Origin: Parasitella parasitica NRRL 2501
Lineage: Eukaryota > Fungi > Mucoromycota
Assembly (NCBI GenBank): GCA_025201805.1
Contig: MU619427.1
Location: forward strand, 1 to 37,260
Length of the DNA: 37,260 bases
Direction of reading: 5' to 3'
Positions 24,184 through 36,917 of the stretch are shown here, one piece after another (the stretch's first letter is position 1; every line of letters begins with the position of its first letter). The notes below the pieces were generated by a model. The model saw only the letters and a program-made list of their open reading frames with translations. It had not been told where the DNA came from and did not search any database. The position numbers were made by a program, and so were the translations under genes.

Positions 24184-24790
24184 TTAAAATGCAAATGCAG
24201 GCGAACCATTTGATACACTGTTGTCGTCCTCAGAGTCAGAAATCTCACCATCTTCCATCTCATCGTCGTCCTCATCGTCATCATCTACAGTGCTAGACGG
24301 GGTGCTTTCTGTTGTGGTCATAGCGGTAGTAGGAGTAGATGAAGCCGTGTTGTTATTGTTGTTAGTGTTGTTGGTATAACCATAAGCAGACGAGGACGAG
24401 GCGGTAGCTTGTTGATGATGTGGGGGGTATTTGAATCCTTGGGGTTTCGTGGGATTATTTGCCACATGTTGTCGTTGCTGTTGTTGGTGGTGCAGCTGCT
24501 GTTGTTGCAATTGTCGTTGCTGTTGCATCTGTTGCTGCGTGCGCTGTTCTTGCAGCTGTTTTTCTTGCTGTTGCTGTTGCTGTTGGTACAGTTGGTAGCG
24601 GGCGCGTTTTTGTCTAACCTCCTCTTGTTCTTCCTCGTCCTCTTCGTCCTCATACTCATCGTCGTCGCTGCTCGTGGCAACATCGCTGAGGTATTGGCGA
24701 TTTGCCACATGGGGCGGAGGCGCAATGGCTGCAGCGATTTCGGGTGGAATGGTTTTGCCTCCAGCCTTGGGCACATTTGGATGAGACGGT

Positions 24791-24825
<35 letters not shown>

Positions 24826-27800
24826 TTGTGGCTGCGTTTGTGTCTGGGCTGGTGTGTCCAGTTGCAAAGTGACAGAAGAAGGATCCTCAGTGCTAGTTGA
24901 AGGTGATTTTCTTTTACGGCTACGGATCTGTCGTTTTTGTGGTTTAGGCTTGAGAATAAGCTCGCATAATGCATCAATGCGTCGTGCAATGACCAGCTCT
25001 TTAGGCCACGAAATGCGATTCAAGATGCTGGAGATAGATTCAGATTCGGAATTTGTAGGGTCAGCGCCCTCTGTGCTGTCTTTGGCTATCTGATGGAACG
25101 GAAGATCCTCATCGGTAACCATCAAATCATGTCGGCCAATGCCATGTTTACAGATGCCGTGTAACAAGGCTCTGTCATGCAGTGGCACTTCCCACCATCT
25201 AAAATACAGCGATTAATAACCCTCGTATACTCGCTGTGCTTTTCACTAGTACTCACGGTGGCAAACCCGATGTCTTCCTAGCTCTTTGAAGCGAATTCTC
25301 AAACTCTGGGTCGACAACTACCAACTCACGAATCTTTTTCATCTGCTCTACTCTTTTCAGCGCACGTCTGGCTTTATCGTAAGGGATGGTGTCGACTAAT
25401 TCTAGCTCTTCGGTGGCGGTAGCTTCTTCACTTGATTCACGGCTCTTTTGGTCGTCTTCCTCCTTCTTTTGCTGCTGCTTTTTCATAATCTCCTTGCATG
25501 CTGCGATAAACTTGTAGTAGTACGTGTCCAACGAGGCGTCAGTTCGTTTATCCAGGCCTGAAAGTTCTCTGAACCTGTCCCACCGAATGTTTGGATCTCC
25601 AGCAACGGACTCGACACCAAACGATAGGATGGTCCTCATAAAATCACTTCGATTCTTCTTTTGCCAGCGGTTGCCAGACTCATTTGCTCGTGAGCGCTGA
25701 CGAGATGGTCTACTAGTGCTAGCAGGTGATCTTCCAGCAGTACCTTCAGCAAGAGCGCGACGTCTTTTCTCAATGCCCTGCTCACGCAAAAAGGCCGCAA
25801 TGATACGACGAAGGCGCATACCAATGTCTGCTTTTGAGGGCCATACGTAAACCGTGGCATCATCCGAGCCTCCAAAGTCTGACCCGTCATCTTGGTGCTT
25901 GTCTAAATCATCATCGTCTTCCTGCAGTGTGCCGGCCTTACTGTCATCATACTTTTTACCAAAAAAGCAAAACTCTTTATCTTTACGCATAGTCAAATAT
26001 TGCTGGTAGCCGTGCTTGCAAATACCCAGTAAAAGATCACGATCTTCCGACTCGCCCCACCAGTCGCATGGCAACGAGCCAGTAACTTTGGGAATAGGCA
26101 ATTTCTTTGCTTCCTCCCATACCTTTGGAACGATGCGGTCTCTCACCATGTGCAGCATCTGAATACGGAGTAAAAAGTTGCGCCCTTTTCGCTCAATATG
26201 CTCAATGTAGTCTTGGGGCGCTTGAATCAAAAATGACCTGAATTCTGCAACCTGTCTCTTGTTGGCTCCAATATAAGGCACAGTGTCATCGCTGGACTCG
26301 TCGTCTGCCTCACTCTCCAAAATCGACTCAATATCTTGTATCAACTTGCGGTCTTCCTCGGTGTTTCCCTCGACAACATGCTTTATTTTGCGCATCAAGC
26401 ACTTGGTAGCAGCCTTCAAATCCTTCTCAGTCCTCCGAGGAAAATGGACTTGCATTTGCTTCCAAGGACCATAGCCATAAATCATGAGTTTTCGCTCATA
26501 TTTGGTCTTTTCTGACAGCGTCCAGGGACGGATCGCATCGCCCCGCTTTCTGCTCTTTTCCGACTCTTCTTCGTAGGCATCAGAATCATCTGCGTTGTCA
26601 TTTGACTCGTAGCCGCCATCAGCAGCACGAGCACCGAATCTTTGAACTTGGCGACGACGACGAGGTTCATAGACGATCAACTCGTTTTCGTCTGGAACAC
26701 CATTGACATCCAGATTGGCTTTGGCAGCCCACTTCTCCCAAAAATCAGGATCGTCCAATTCAACGTTTTGTCCTGTAGAAGAGGAAAAGGTGGCTTTGGA
26801 GAAAATGCTTCCTTTTTCATTGCCCTCGTGTCGAATTACGGTAGTACGTCTTTCCAAGATTTGATCAATGTCTTCCTCACAAAACTGCTTACTCTCTTCA
26901 TCGTCCATAACAGCCCCATAAGCGCCCTTCTTGAGCAAATCCTCGATTTCTTTTCGATTCAGCTCGTTTTTGGAGAAACTAGGCGATTCTTCATCAGGGC
27001 TGGGCGTGTTGTTACTTCCATTGTTGTTCATACGCTGCATCACCGCTTTATCAAGACCCAGCTTCATACCAGCACGATCAAACATGTCCTTTTCATAGGT
27101 GTTGCGGCAAATCAAGCGATACACCTGCACTGGTTTTGTCTGTCCAATACGGTGACATCGAGCCTGTGCCTGTAGATCATTTTGAGGGTTCCAATCGCTG
27201 TCAAAAATGATACAAGTATCTGCAGCAGTTAGATTGATACCAACGCCACCAGCCCGAGTACACAATAGAAATACAAATGATTGATCGATGGGCAGAGTAG
27301 AGAATCGATCAATGGCGGCCTGTCTTTGTTCGCCCGGAATACTGCCGTCAATTCGTTCGTGTGGATATTGGCGACCACGGAGATAATCAGAGAGGATATC
27401 CAAACAGCTAAAATCAGGGTTAAGAGTGGGATCCTCTATGGGCTGAGCTAAACCTTACCTTGTGAATTGAGAAAAAATCAATACCTTGTGGTTTCCTTCG
27501 AATAGCTTGCGCAGCAGTTTATCAATCAGGACCAATTTACCAGAGGAATCAACAAGACACTTGAATTGGTCTTGTACGTTCCTGGCACCGCTGTCACTTA
27601 CAATCACCTCTTCTGCACCGTCAAGCAAGTAAGGGTGAATGCAGCACTTTCGAAGCTGCATCATAATATTACGTAGCTGTGGCATTTCTTTGTTGGCTAT
27701 TTCGAATGTTAATTACCAGTTTTTTTTTTTGGTCATAGTTGTTTTAGAATACATTACATCTAGCGCCCTTTTTAAGAAAGCTGAAATTCTTTTCAAGAAT

Positions 27801-30462
27801 AGCACGATACCATTTCTTTTGAGGATTGGTCAGTTCAACCTCAATTACAGTTTCTTCCTTGACGGGGATGCTCTTCTCGACATCTTCCTTAAAACGACGC
27901 AACATGATCGGCTTCAACAGAGCCTGAAGTTTCTCTACTTCAGCTGCAGTTTGTAAATTGCCATATTCTGCAAAGAATGCTTTTTCGTTGTTGAATACTT
28001 CGGGTTGCATGAAATTCAAAAGGCTGTAAAGCTCGTCCAAATTGTTCTGCAGTGGTGTTCCGGTCAACAGCAACTTGTGGTCGATCGAAAAGGTCTTTAA
28101 AATCTCTCCCACTTTGGATTGCTGTGTGGCAATGTTAGCTGCGAACAGTGAAGATCTAAGCACACACCACATACCTTGTTTTTCAAACGATGGGCTTCGT
28201 CAAATATGGCACATTTCCACGGAACATCCTTGATGTGAGGCGCACCAACAGAAGCCATTTCGTAGGTTGTGATGAGAACGTCGAATTTATACTTGTTTGG
28301 AATTGGCTTGCTTTGAACATCTTTGTAGTAAAACTCGGTTTCTACAATCAAATTTCGAGATAGAACGCTACCACGGTAATCGACCACATTTAAATCAGTC
28401 CACGCTCTGACAGCTCTTTCCCAGTGAGGTATAGCTATGCGTGCATTAGTGCATGGCCCACTATTGGTATAATTTCACTTACTAGATAATGGCGCGACAA
28501 TCAAAAAGGGGCCTCTCACGTTTAAATTATAGTAAAGGTCATTCAAGAACGCTACAGATTGCACAGTTTTACCCAGACCCATTTCATCAGCCAAGATACT
28601 TGAGCGGTAATTGTAGTAACAGAATCGGATCCAGTTGAGGCCTTCTAGCTGATAGGATCTCAGTTCATTGCCAAACTTATACTTTGCACCACTTTGGTAT
28701 TTAACAAATTGAGTGTAGTCTGGGCGTCTGGGCGGATTGGGCAGCTTTTCTTGGGGAATAATACGATTTCGTTGGTATTCAGCAATCTTACTCATGTCCA
28801 TCTGCACGTATTCGCTTTTAGCACACAAACAAAATCTCTATATGGCTACCCTATAAATACAAACCTTTTGTACATCATCTTCGCTTTCCCAGGTGCTGGC
28901 ATCATAAAACTGGCCACTCCACTTTACCAAATAATAGATACTGGGCTCTCCTGTCACAGGATCGACTAGTTCTCCTTCATCAATGACTCGATCCACCTTT
29001 AAATATTCAGAAAAGTCCTCTCCTCGCTGCCCCTCCTGAGCCCATTTAGTGAGAAATTTCTTTACGCGATGTTTTCCCAAATGCTCTGCTTCGATTTTTT
29101 CTTTTGGCACCCATTCAACATGACGATAACTCGAGTACTAGAGAAAGAAAAAAAAACTGTAAACATTGCTGCCATAATGTACTTGTCGTCTCGGTTTACC
29201 TTGTATTTTACTAAAAGCTCTGGTCTCCCACTTGACGGATTCAACCGGTAATCCAGCATTTTCTCAAATATTTTTGTACCCATAGGAATCATAACAGCCG
29301 GTGCTTCTGCCATCTGAGCTGGTGGAATAGATGCAGACGCAGCTTTTGATTTCGAAGCTGGATTAACATCGAAATCGCTATCATCAGATTGCTCTGCAAC
29401 CTCATCCATGTCGTCGTCAGCTGCGAGAATATCATCTGCCTCATCATCAGTCGATTCTTCGTATTTGACTTTTCTCTTGGTGTTCCTATTCGACCTTTTG
29501 GAAGCGGCACCAGCAGAGGAGGAAGTCGCTTTAGAGGAGGGGATAGGGGAATGTTGCTGAGGCTGCTGTTGAAACATAATCTGCTGTTGGTAAGGCTGTT
29601 GATGACGGTACTGTTGAGGAGATTGCTTTACTTGATGCTGGACATGATGCTGGCGCTGCTGATGTTGTTGTTGCTGTTGCTGTTGTTGCTGTTGTTGCTG
29701 CTGTGGCGGTGGTAGTCCTTGTTGACGTGGTAGGCCGGAGTGATGCATTTGTTGCTGCTGTTGCTGTTGCTGTTGCTGTATTTGTCTTTGTTGCTGTTGT
29801 TGTTGCAATTGTATTTGTTGCTGTCTCTGTAACAGTAGCTGCTGCTGCTGCTGCTGCTGCTGCTGTAATTGTTTTTGATACTGAACATTTGCATCTATTT
29901 GATGCACACTATTGTTATATTGCGGTTGAGGCTGTGCTTGAGGTTGGTGTGGAGAAACTTGAGCCTGCTGATGCATATATGTGGGCGAGAAACTTTGTAA
30001 TTGATTGGCCATATTGTAGATTCTAGGTTGTTGATTGGGGCCAGAGATTGGGACCCCGTCAAAAGTGCCCTGAAGCTGAACAGCAGCAGCGGCGGCGACG
30101 GAATGATAAGGATATGTTCCCTGCTGAGGTTGCGAGAAATTCATCAAATTTACAAATTGTTGTTGCTGTTGGGAAGGCTGTTGCTGAGATTGAGGTATAA
30201 AATGACTAGGATACTGAGGGCTATTTCCATAGAAATTGGTGTTTTGGGGAGTAAAATCTATGCCATCCGGTTGGGTGTCTACAAATAACTGCTGATTGAA
30301 ATCTGCTGTGCCATTTGCTCCCAAATAATCAGAAAATAGATCGTCCTGATCAATACTTAATCCTTGAGAATGAAATTGTTGACCCATAACAATACCACCT
30401 GGTTGCTGTGGTTGCTGTGGTTGTTGCGGCTGTGGTTGTGAATGATGTCCCTGATGCGCCAT
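24184..30462 (-). CDS. CHD7: Chromodomain-helicase-DNA-binding protein, CHD6-9/Kismet subfamily (multi-exon; 5'UTR intron ~30475-30528)
   Basis: Q-rich N-terminus, tandem chromodomains (LLVKYK|YSSYRHVEW; [17 protein letters not shown]) and SNF2 motifs ([60 protein letters not shown]). Subfamily-III blocks follow: [50 protein letters not shown]....[44 protein letters not shown]. Confidence 0.93.
24791..24845 (-). repeat. Coding hexanucleotide repeat (CAGACG)n encoding QT dipeptides in the CHD C-terminus
   Basis: (tgcgtc)n on the plus strand; translates as QTQTQTQ. Confidence 0.9.
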
Positions 30463-32274
30463 GTTCGGAAAAGACTAAACCAATGTTAAGACACACACAC
30501 GCGTAATTTTCGGTTCATACAAACTTACTACTTGAAGGCAATACAAAAAAAACTGCGCAAGGCAAGGGATCTATTTCTTTGTCGCTATTAAAAGAAGAAA
30601 AGGAGCCTCTCTTTCTCTCTAATCTGCTTTGGTCGCTCTACTATTTTTTTTTTTTTTTCCTTGTTTGGGGGGATGTTTGTGCGATAAACCTCCCTTCCGT
30701 TTTTTTTAAATTTTTCTATAGCTCGATAACCGGTTCCACTGGAGTTTTACCTTGTTGTTTATGCTATTTAATACGTTCTTCCAGGATAGAATATATTAAA
30801 CGAATAAGAAAAGGACCAAGGAGTGAAGAGAGAATATTTTTTCTCCAAATCTACTCAAACAAATGTAAACCAATCAAAGTTAACAGTCCAAATATACGTT
30901 TCAAACTATGAATAATCAAATTGTTGAAACATAATGATAGTAGTCGAGCATCTTTGACATTTTCGAGAAAGTGTTGGACGTGATGATTGGGAAATTTTGT
31001 AAAAAACTTGCCCGTCAAAGAGCAAAAAAAATGATTTTTAGCGTCTGTAAACGTATCATTTTCAAGCAATCGAGTGTCTCTGCTCTTTGCTTAGAACCGA
31101 ACTTATTCTTTTGCTCCCGAATCGCGCAACTAGAGAAATACATGTTAATCCAATTATGAGTAAATTGTGCCGTTGAAGACCCTGTACGGTAGAATTGCAT
31201 AGAAATGGTAGTAGTGTTTCTCCAAATCAGGATGGCTTGTCGAAGATCAGTCATTTTCAACATGTTAAACATTTACATGAGCTGTGCAACCTGAAACTTC
31301 TTTACATGTTGATCCCTGTCAAGTCAATATCTGTGATGATGAAATTAACAATGGGCCAGGGAGAGCAATGCTTGTTTCTAAGCTGCCCTGAACAATTCTC
31401 CACAGAAACTAATAATTTTACTGGTTTCTTTTGAACACTTAATTAATACTCCTCTAAATTTTTCTTAAACCTCATTATTGTTTAATTTTTCTGATGAACG
31501 ATATCGAGTTAGCTAAAAGACAATGTAATAATTCCTGATCCTGGATGGTTGCAATGGTGCCCTGAAGGCACATTGTGATGGAGTGTGCAACAATTTTAAA
31601 AATCAGCTCCGCTTGAACAAGCTAGTTTTCAAACATATCGGTTACAACCTATCGACTTTAAACTGTTATTTCCAACATTTTGCAAATATTAAAGCGATAA
31701 GGAACTTTGCTTATTTTTTTATTTTTTTTTGTGGACTGTTGGGGTAGATGAGGTCTTTTTACAAATTCCTGTGGAACTTGATAAGCTTTACGACTATAAT
31801 TTGTAAATATATACTACGCCTCTGCAAAAGGCTTTGTTTGTGTTGACATCGGCGTTATCATTAAATTTACTCAAGTACAATAAGTGTTATTTTTGAAGCT
31901 AATTGTTTGTTTTCATTTGGTCTAGATGATACTAGTTTGAAGGGCGATATTACAAAAGTCAGCCGTAATAGAGATTCTAGAAAATGAGCGTTTCAACTTG
32001 CTTGAATAGAGCATGTTGTCAAATCCAGCTAGCATTAAACTCGATTTCCCAAATACAAAGAAACCAGTTCTGATTTTTAAAAGACTGATCAACCAATGAA
32101 ATCGATCTGATCCTTACAAGTAAACGTTTTAGCTGTATAAAACAAAGAAGAAAATAATGGTTCACAACCGCCACAAAACAATTGTGCCAACTATCATCCC
32201 CCCCTATACACCCCAGTGAAAAATATTTTTCATATTTTTCCCTTTTTTACTCCTAAAGCATCCCACTTCAGAAA

Positions 32275-33565
32275 ATGTCATTCAGATATATTGATAATTA
32301 TTATCCTCATCATCTTCCTCCTTGGCAACTTCAACAGCATTTACTAGAGAACGAGTATCATTATTATACACTTCCTCCAAGAGCACCTCCTCACGCTCCT
32401 TCCTCCACATTTCATGATCAGTACTACTACGACCAACATCAGCACCGCAACCACAGTCGATTCCACCCTGACTACCACCAATCTTTGCCAAAGCGCAAAA
32501 GTAGCAGTCGTCGACATAAATTAGCACGATCTTCATCTACCGGCAATCTCCAAAGAGAGTATAAAGACCTCTCGGTGGGAAACGGCCAGGTAAAAATTCT
32601 TTCAATTTAGCAATGTGTCGCTGCAGTACTAATCTCTTCCTGAGCAGGACTATAACTGGTATTACGAAGATCAGGGACAACACGTGCCACACCATTATGA
32701 ACGTCGGCGTCGTAATAGCAGCAGCAGCAACAATGCACAGCCAAATCATGATCACCAGCAGGACGCCGAGGTCGTCATTGATCTTGATAGCTACACTGAC
32801 ATTGATGGCGAGCCGATGAATGAGCTAGAACTGCTTGCAGCTAAAAATGCAGCCATCAATGAAAGAAAGAGTCGTATTTTCTACCCAGATGAAAATAACC
32901 AAGTCGAAGAGCAACAGACATTCCAACCGGAGCAACCAGAAGAAGCCGAAGCATCACCCAAAAACGAGCAGGACTTATCACACATCATGGAGTCATTGAA
33001 AATGACTGATTCAAATGCATCGACTGTAGTAGAGCCCGCAGTAGATGATACCAAGGATCAATTAGCTCCGTCTTCGTCGCAAAAACCAACAACAAAGAAG
33101 AAACGCTGGCCATTATCTTTCTTATTCAAAAAAAGTACCACTGTTACGACGACAGCAAAGAGGATAGAAGCGCAACAGTCTGTAAAACCAACTAAAAGCA
33201 CGAGTACACCTCCTACGCCTGCGCTGACACCAGATACACTTAGTAATTCGAATATTTCATCATCTAACAACACAGTTTCATCTCAACATCAAATTCTACC
33301 CCATGGATTCTGGGCCTTTCGAGCCCCCATGACTCAAGCCTGGTACAGATTTGATGATGAAAATCAAAGAAAGATCCTTGAACACGTGAGTTGTCCGAAT
33401 GGCGTTTTGCAATTAACAGATTCACATTTCAATGGTGGCCAAGTTCCTATGGTTGTATTGCCGTTTCAAAAGATTTGCTACTACCATACAAGTTTAACTA
33501 TGAATCAGCTGGCTTGTCTGGAACTAAGCTTTATGCCCACTGCTATTGGCGGATCAGTGTACTAG
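32275..33565 (+). CDS. Hypothetical low-complexity protein with putative C-terminal WWE-like domain (exons 32275-32589, 32648-33565)
   Basis: Two ORFs are joined in frame by intron GTAAAA...GAGCAG. His/Tyr/Ser-rich N-terminus; C-terminal WAFRAPMTQAWYRFDDENQRKILE resembles the WWE W-x(7-9)-W..F/Y......IE pattern. Confidence 0.75.
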
Positions 33566-34279
33566 CCATTTTTTTTTTTTTTTCTATTCAACTATATTTT
33601 GCATTATTTGTATCTATATTAGCCATTCATATTTACACAATCACTTTGACTGTTATCGTGCCATATTGATTGATCACGATACGCAGCCAAAACACTCCTC
33701 CTTGCATAAATAAATTTAGCATCAGCAAGTAAAGTATATCAAAATTTTCTTGGCAAAGTCCTATACCCATGGTATTTGGAAGATTTTTACCCCTTAAATA
33801 TGTAAATGTAGATCCCAAAATTTAAAATAGGCCCTTGGACTGAATTAGATGGCATCAACCTCTCCTTATTAGCCATGTGGCCCGCTGTCTGAATTTTGAA
33901 ATTTCTTTGGTTTCATGCAAAACTCTGAGATTCAGGGGGGGGGGGAGTGGGGAGAAATCATTAGTGGTTTCTGATTCAGATTTGACGTTTCAAGAGAGAA
34001 AAAAAAAAAGGGTCACTAATGTCACCATGTTGATGGCTTCTTCAAGCGAAATTGCGAAAGACACTAGGAATGCATACACTTCTCATAACAATGCCACTTC
34101 ACCTCGTCTCTGACTTTACGTCGAGCGGGACCAAAGCTTTATTTACTCCTACCGTCTTCACATTCAGAATTTGGCAGTAAAGTTCAAGATGCGGTCGAGT
34201 ACACTCTAATTTCATATCATCTAAGAAAACGATGGTATTATGTCGATTTTTTAGCTTCAGATGTATAGAAAGCAATTAT

Positions 34280-34700
34280 ATTTGAAGCTACCACCTTAAT
34301 GAATATTCTTTAGAACCAGGGAACTTGTTGGACCCCTTTTTCTATAGCTTGGTTCGTTAGGAATGTGTTGAATTTGGTGATGTATATTTTAGACGTTTTG
34401 ACACAAATGCGAATTGAAAGTGAGTTTGAACTTGATTTCTGAGGTGAGATCTGATTTATTTATAATGTATTGTCTGAAAAGCATTCTTTATAATGTGCTC
34501 ATGATCATCTGCTAAAAAGGTTAGTTGTGCGTATTAAGCTCATAATAGGGTAGTTTTCAAGCGGTTATTGAGTGATCGGCATTTAAATGTCAACCCTTTT
34601 AGAAATTGTCCAACTCATTTAGATACAATGACCAGATCAGATGGATTTATCTGATTTACAGATTCTTGATGAGCAGTTTGTCGGCTGCTTATGTGAAGTC
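34280..34700 (-). mobile_element. Possible decayed DIRS-like tyrosine recombinase remnant
   Basis: Minus-strand fragments NPSDL (cf. RPSDL), GLTFKCRS, SKIYITKFNT/THS..QAIEKGV..W (cf. GIDT.KF.AHS.R...T.A...G). Many stops and frameshifts; weak. Confidence 0.3.
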
Positions 34701-35794
34701 TGATTACAGATTACTAAAAACAATCAAATACGCTAGTACCAAATATAGATGAAAATCAGTGTTTATATCTGTTCATCTTCCCATTGCCCTCATAGCCCCA
34801 GTACACTTATTAGGTACAACTTATATACACCCTGTCTATAATTCGTAACACCAACCTTGCCCCATAGTATGAGTCAATCATCCCATTGCGGAAATCCTGA
34901 CATTGATACCGATAACAAATCTCTTACAGCAAGTTATAGGTATTAATCATATACAATTACAATTTCACTCATGATGTCTGAATGTTTTTATATCCAAGTC
35001 AAAAGAATGGATGTAGAAAAGTATCTTCATAGCTAGAAAGGTCACGGCAGATACCTCAAGTATTTTACCAAACATACTCTCATAGGATGGCCTTTTGCAC
35101 AGTTCGAGCGCTATTTTGAATGTTTAAAAATCTTAAAGAGAAACAAGAGAGCCCCATATGATGTATAAGCCAGGGTTCAAAAGCTGATGATGGAAGAGTT
35201 AAGTTGGCGTGCTTTGATTAGATTCCTCCAGAAACCAGCAGCTAAACATCTGCTTTATCTGTTGTTCAACCAATCACAAGAACCTTCTTCTAATACTAAG
35301 CGATCTACCCATAATTATAGAAAGCAGATCATGGCGGTTTACTTCGATTGATAATTGCCCACTGATGTGATTTAATACGCTTGTGTAAACTTGAGAATAA
35401 AGTCTCTGTTTCAAATCAAGAAGGCTAGTCCTGTAAGTAATACAGATCTGAGCATCAGGATAAAGGTTAAGGCACTGTCAGATCAACGTTTAGTCCTTCT
35501 TATATAACCTTACATCATACCCTGTCGAGTAGATTGTTACTGTGAATTAGTCTTGTCAATTAGTAGTCTAAATAAATCACCATAAATTTATGTAGTTGTA
35601 AAAGATATAAATAGCAGATGCAATTTCGATCTTAAATAAAGTATTTCAAGTTTCCGTATCTCGATAACCTTTGGTTCTATTATCTTTTATATCCAACAAT
35701 TATAAAACTTGAATAATTTACTAATTGTTTAGAGATTTTATGGTCTCTCAAGTCACTTACTTTGCACTTTGCGACCGTAAAATGTAACTCGTAA

Positions 35795-36010
35795 CTGATT
35801 TACCAGAAAATTTAATAAAAATTAATCAAGTAATGATCCCTTTATTATATTCAAAATAGAGGGTTTATATACTTTCTATGAAATGAAGCGAGCGATGTGA
35901 GGATAAAGTTTTTAGTGATGAGGCCCGGGAAATAGGGTGGATTGTATCTATCGCCAATATCATGTCATGTTATTTTATGATCTGATGTTTTACTCTTCAG
36001 TATAAGTTCA
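35795..36010 (-). repeat. LTR/terminal-repeat-like element, copy 2 (inverted relative to 1921-2139)
   Basis: Reverse complement aligns to 1921-2139. In addition, 36068-36083 is the exact reverse complement of 1883-1898 (ATGATGTATCAATTCT). Confidence 0.92.
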
Positions 36011-36067
36011 CTAGCCTTGTTATCTCGCTACGCTCGATGACGGTGTCGCCCTACGGGCTCTCACCGA
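36011..36067 (-). other. GC-rich twin-hairpin module ending in CTAG (transposon terminal signal, Helitron-3'-like)
   Basis: Minus strand reads CGGTG-AGA-GCCC-GTA-GGGC-GA-CACCG, then (G)TCATC-GA-GC-GTA-GC-GA-GATAAC, then AAGG-CTAG|T. Confidence 0.6.
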
Positions 36068-36845
36068 AGAATTGATACATCATCAATGTTTACATGGAAT
36101 AAAAGATATCCTTTACATATTAACATATTATTAATTAGAACGGAGTGTACAGCTTAAAAAATCGCCTTTTTTGGATTTCGAATCTCCTAATTTAGTTGAT
36201 TCAAGCTATTTCGTCCGACTTTCAACATGATTTACTCTGTTGAAAGAGCTCTTATTTCAAATCAAAATACATGACCATTTATTTCACGCTTTGTTGCATA
36301 CGCACATATTTTTTTATAGCTTTCTAAAGCTTCTATATATTTTTAATTAGTTTTTGAAAATGAGATATACTTGATTTAACGTCGACTTCTCAAAAATTCG
36401 GAACGTGAATGGGAATTACAAAACCAAACAAAGCATTTATACACTCTATTCCTCGCTGGATTGTGTTTATTTTGCTGTGTTCTTGTTATTTTGTATATTG
36501 TTGTGATAATTGTTAATTCAATAAAGCAAATATATGTATCAGTTAAAAGATGAGGTTTATTCAATTTGACATTTATGATCTACTATTTATATTGTTTTGG
36601 AGTTGTAGAGTGTCAAAACTTATGTACGAACAATATCAATCAGACATTTGTTACTAATGTCGTGTGCAGATATATATATGTTCTAGAGCAGATTTATAGG
36701 GAAGTATGTAAAATGTTATATATGAGATAAAAGACACCTTTACTATTTTAAGATACACTTAATATTTATACTAATTAAAAGGTTACACACAAAGTCTGTG
36801 AGCAACAGACACAAAAAAGATTACACATTGCAATTTTTAAAAAAG

Positions 36846-36917
36846 TTCCCTGACGGGGAATTGAACCCCGGCCGCGACGGTGAGAGCGTCGAATCCTAGC
36901 CACTAGACCATCAAGGA
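36846..36917 (-). tRNA. tRNA-Glu(CTC)
   Basis: TCCTTGATGGTCTAGTGGCTAGGATTCGACGCT-CTC-ACCGTCGCGGCCGGGGTTCAATTCCCCGTCAGGGAA forms a full cloverleaf with A/B boxes and no intron, followed by a T6 Pol III terminator. Confidence 0.97.

Noticed and set aside
24318-30288. Long alternative-frame and antisense ORFs over the CHD gene (e.g. 24318-24989, 24409-24900, 26642-27175, 29703-30026)
   Set aside because: Shadow ORFs caused by CAG/CAA and CAGACG repeats and codon bias of the real gene.
30900-31640. Possible minus-strand F-box-like pseudogene (AELIFKIVAH)
   Set aside because: One weak motif with multiple stops; cannot be supported without a search.
36054-36066. GCTCTCACCG shared with the anticodon arm of the nearby tRNA-Glu
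   Set aside because: Only 10 nt and not at the tRNA 3' end, so neither a primer-binding site nor a SINE head.
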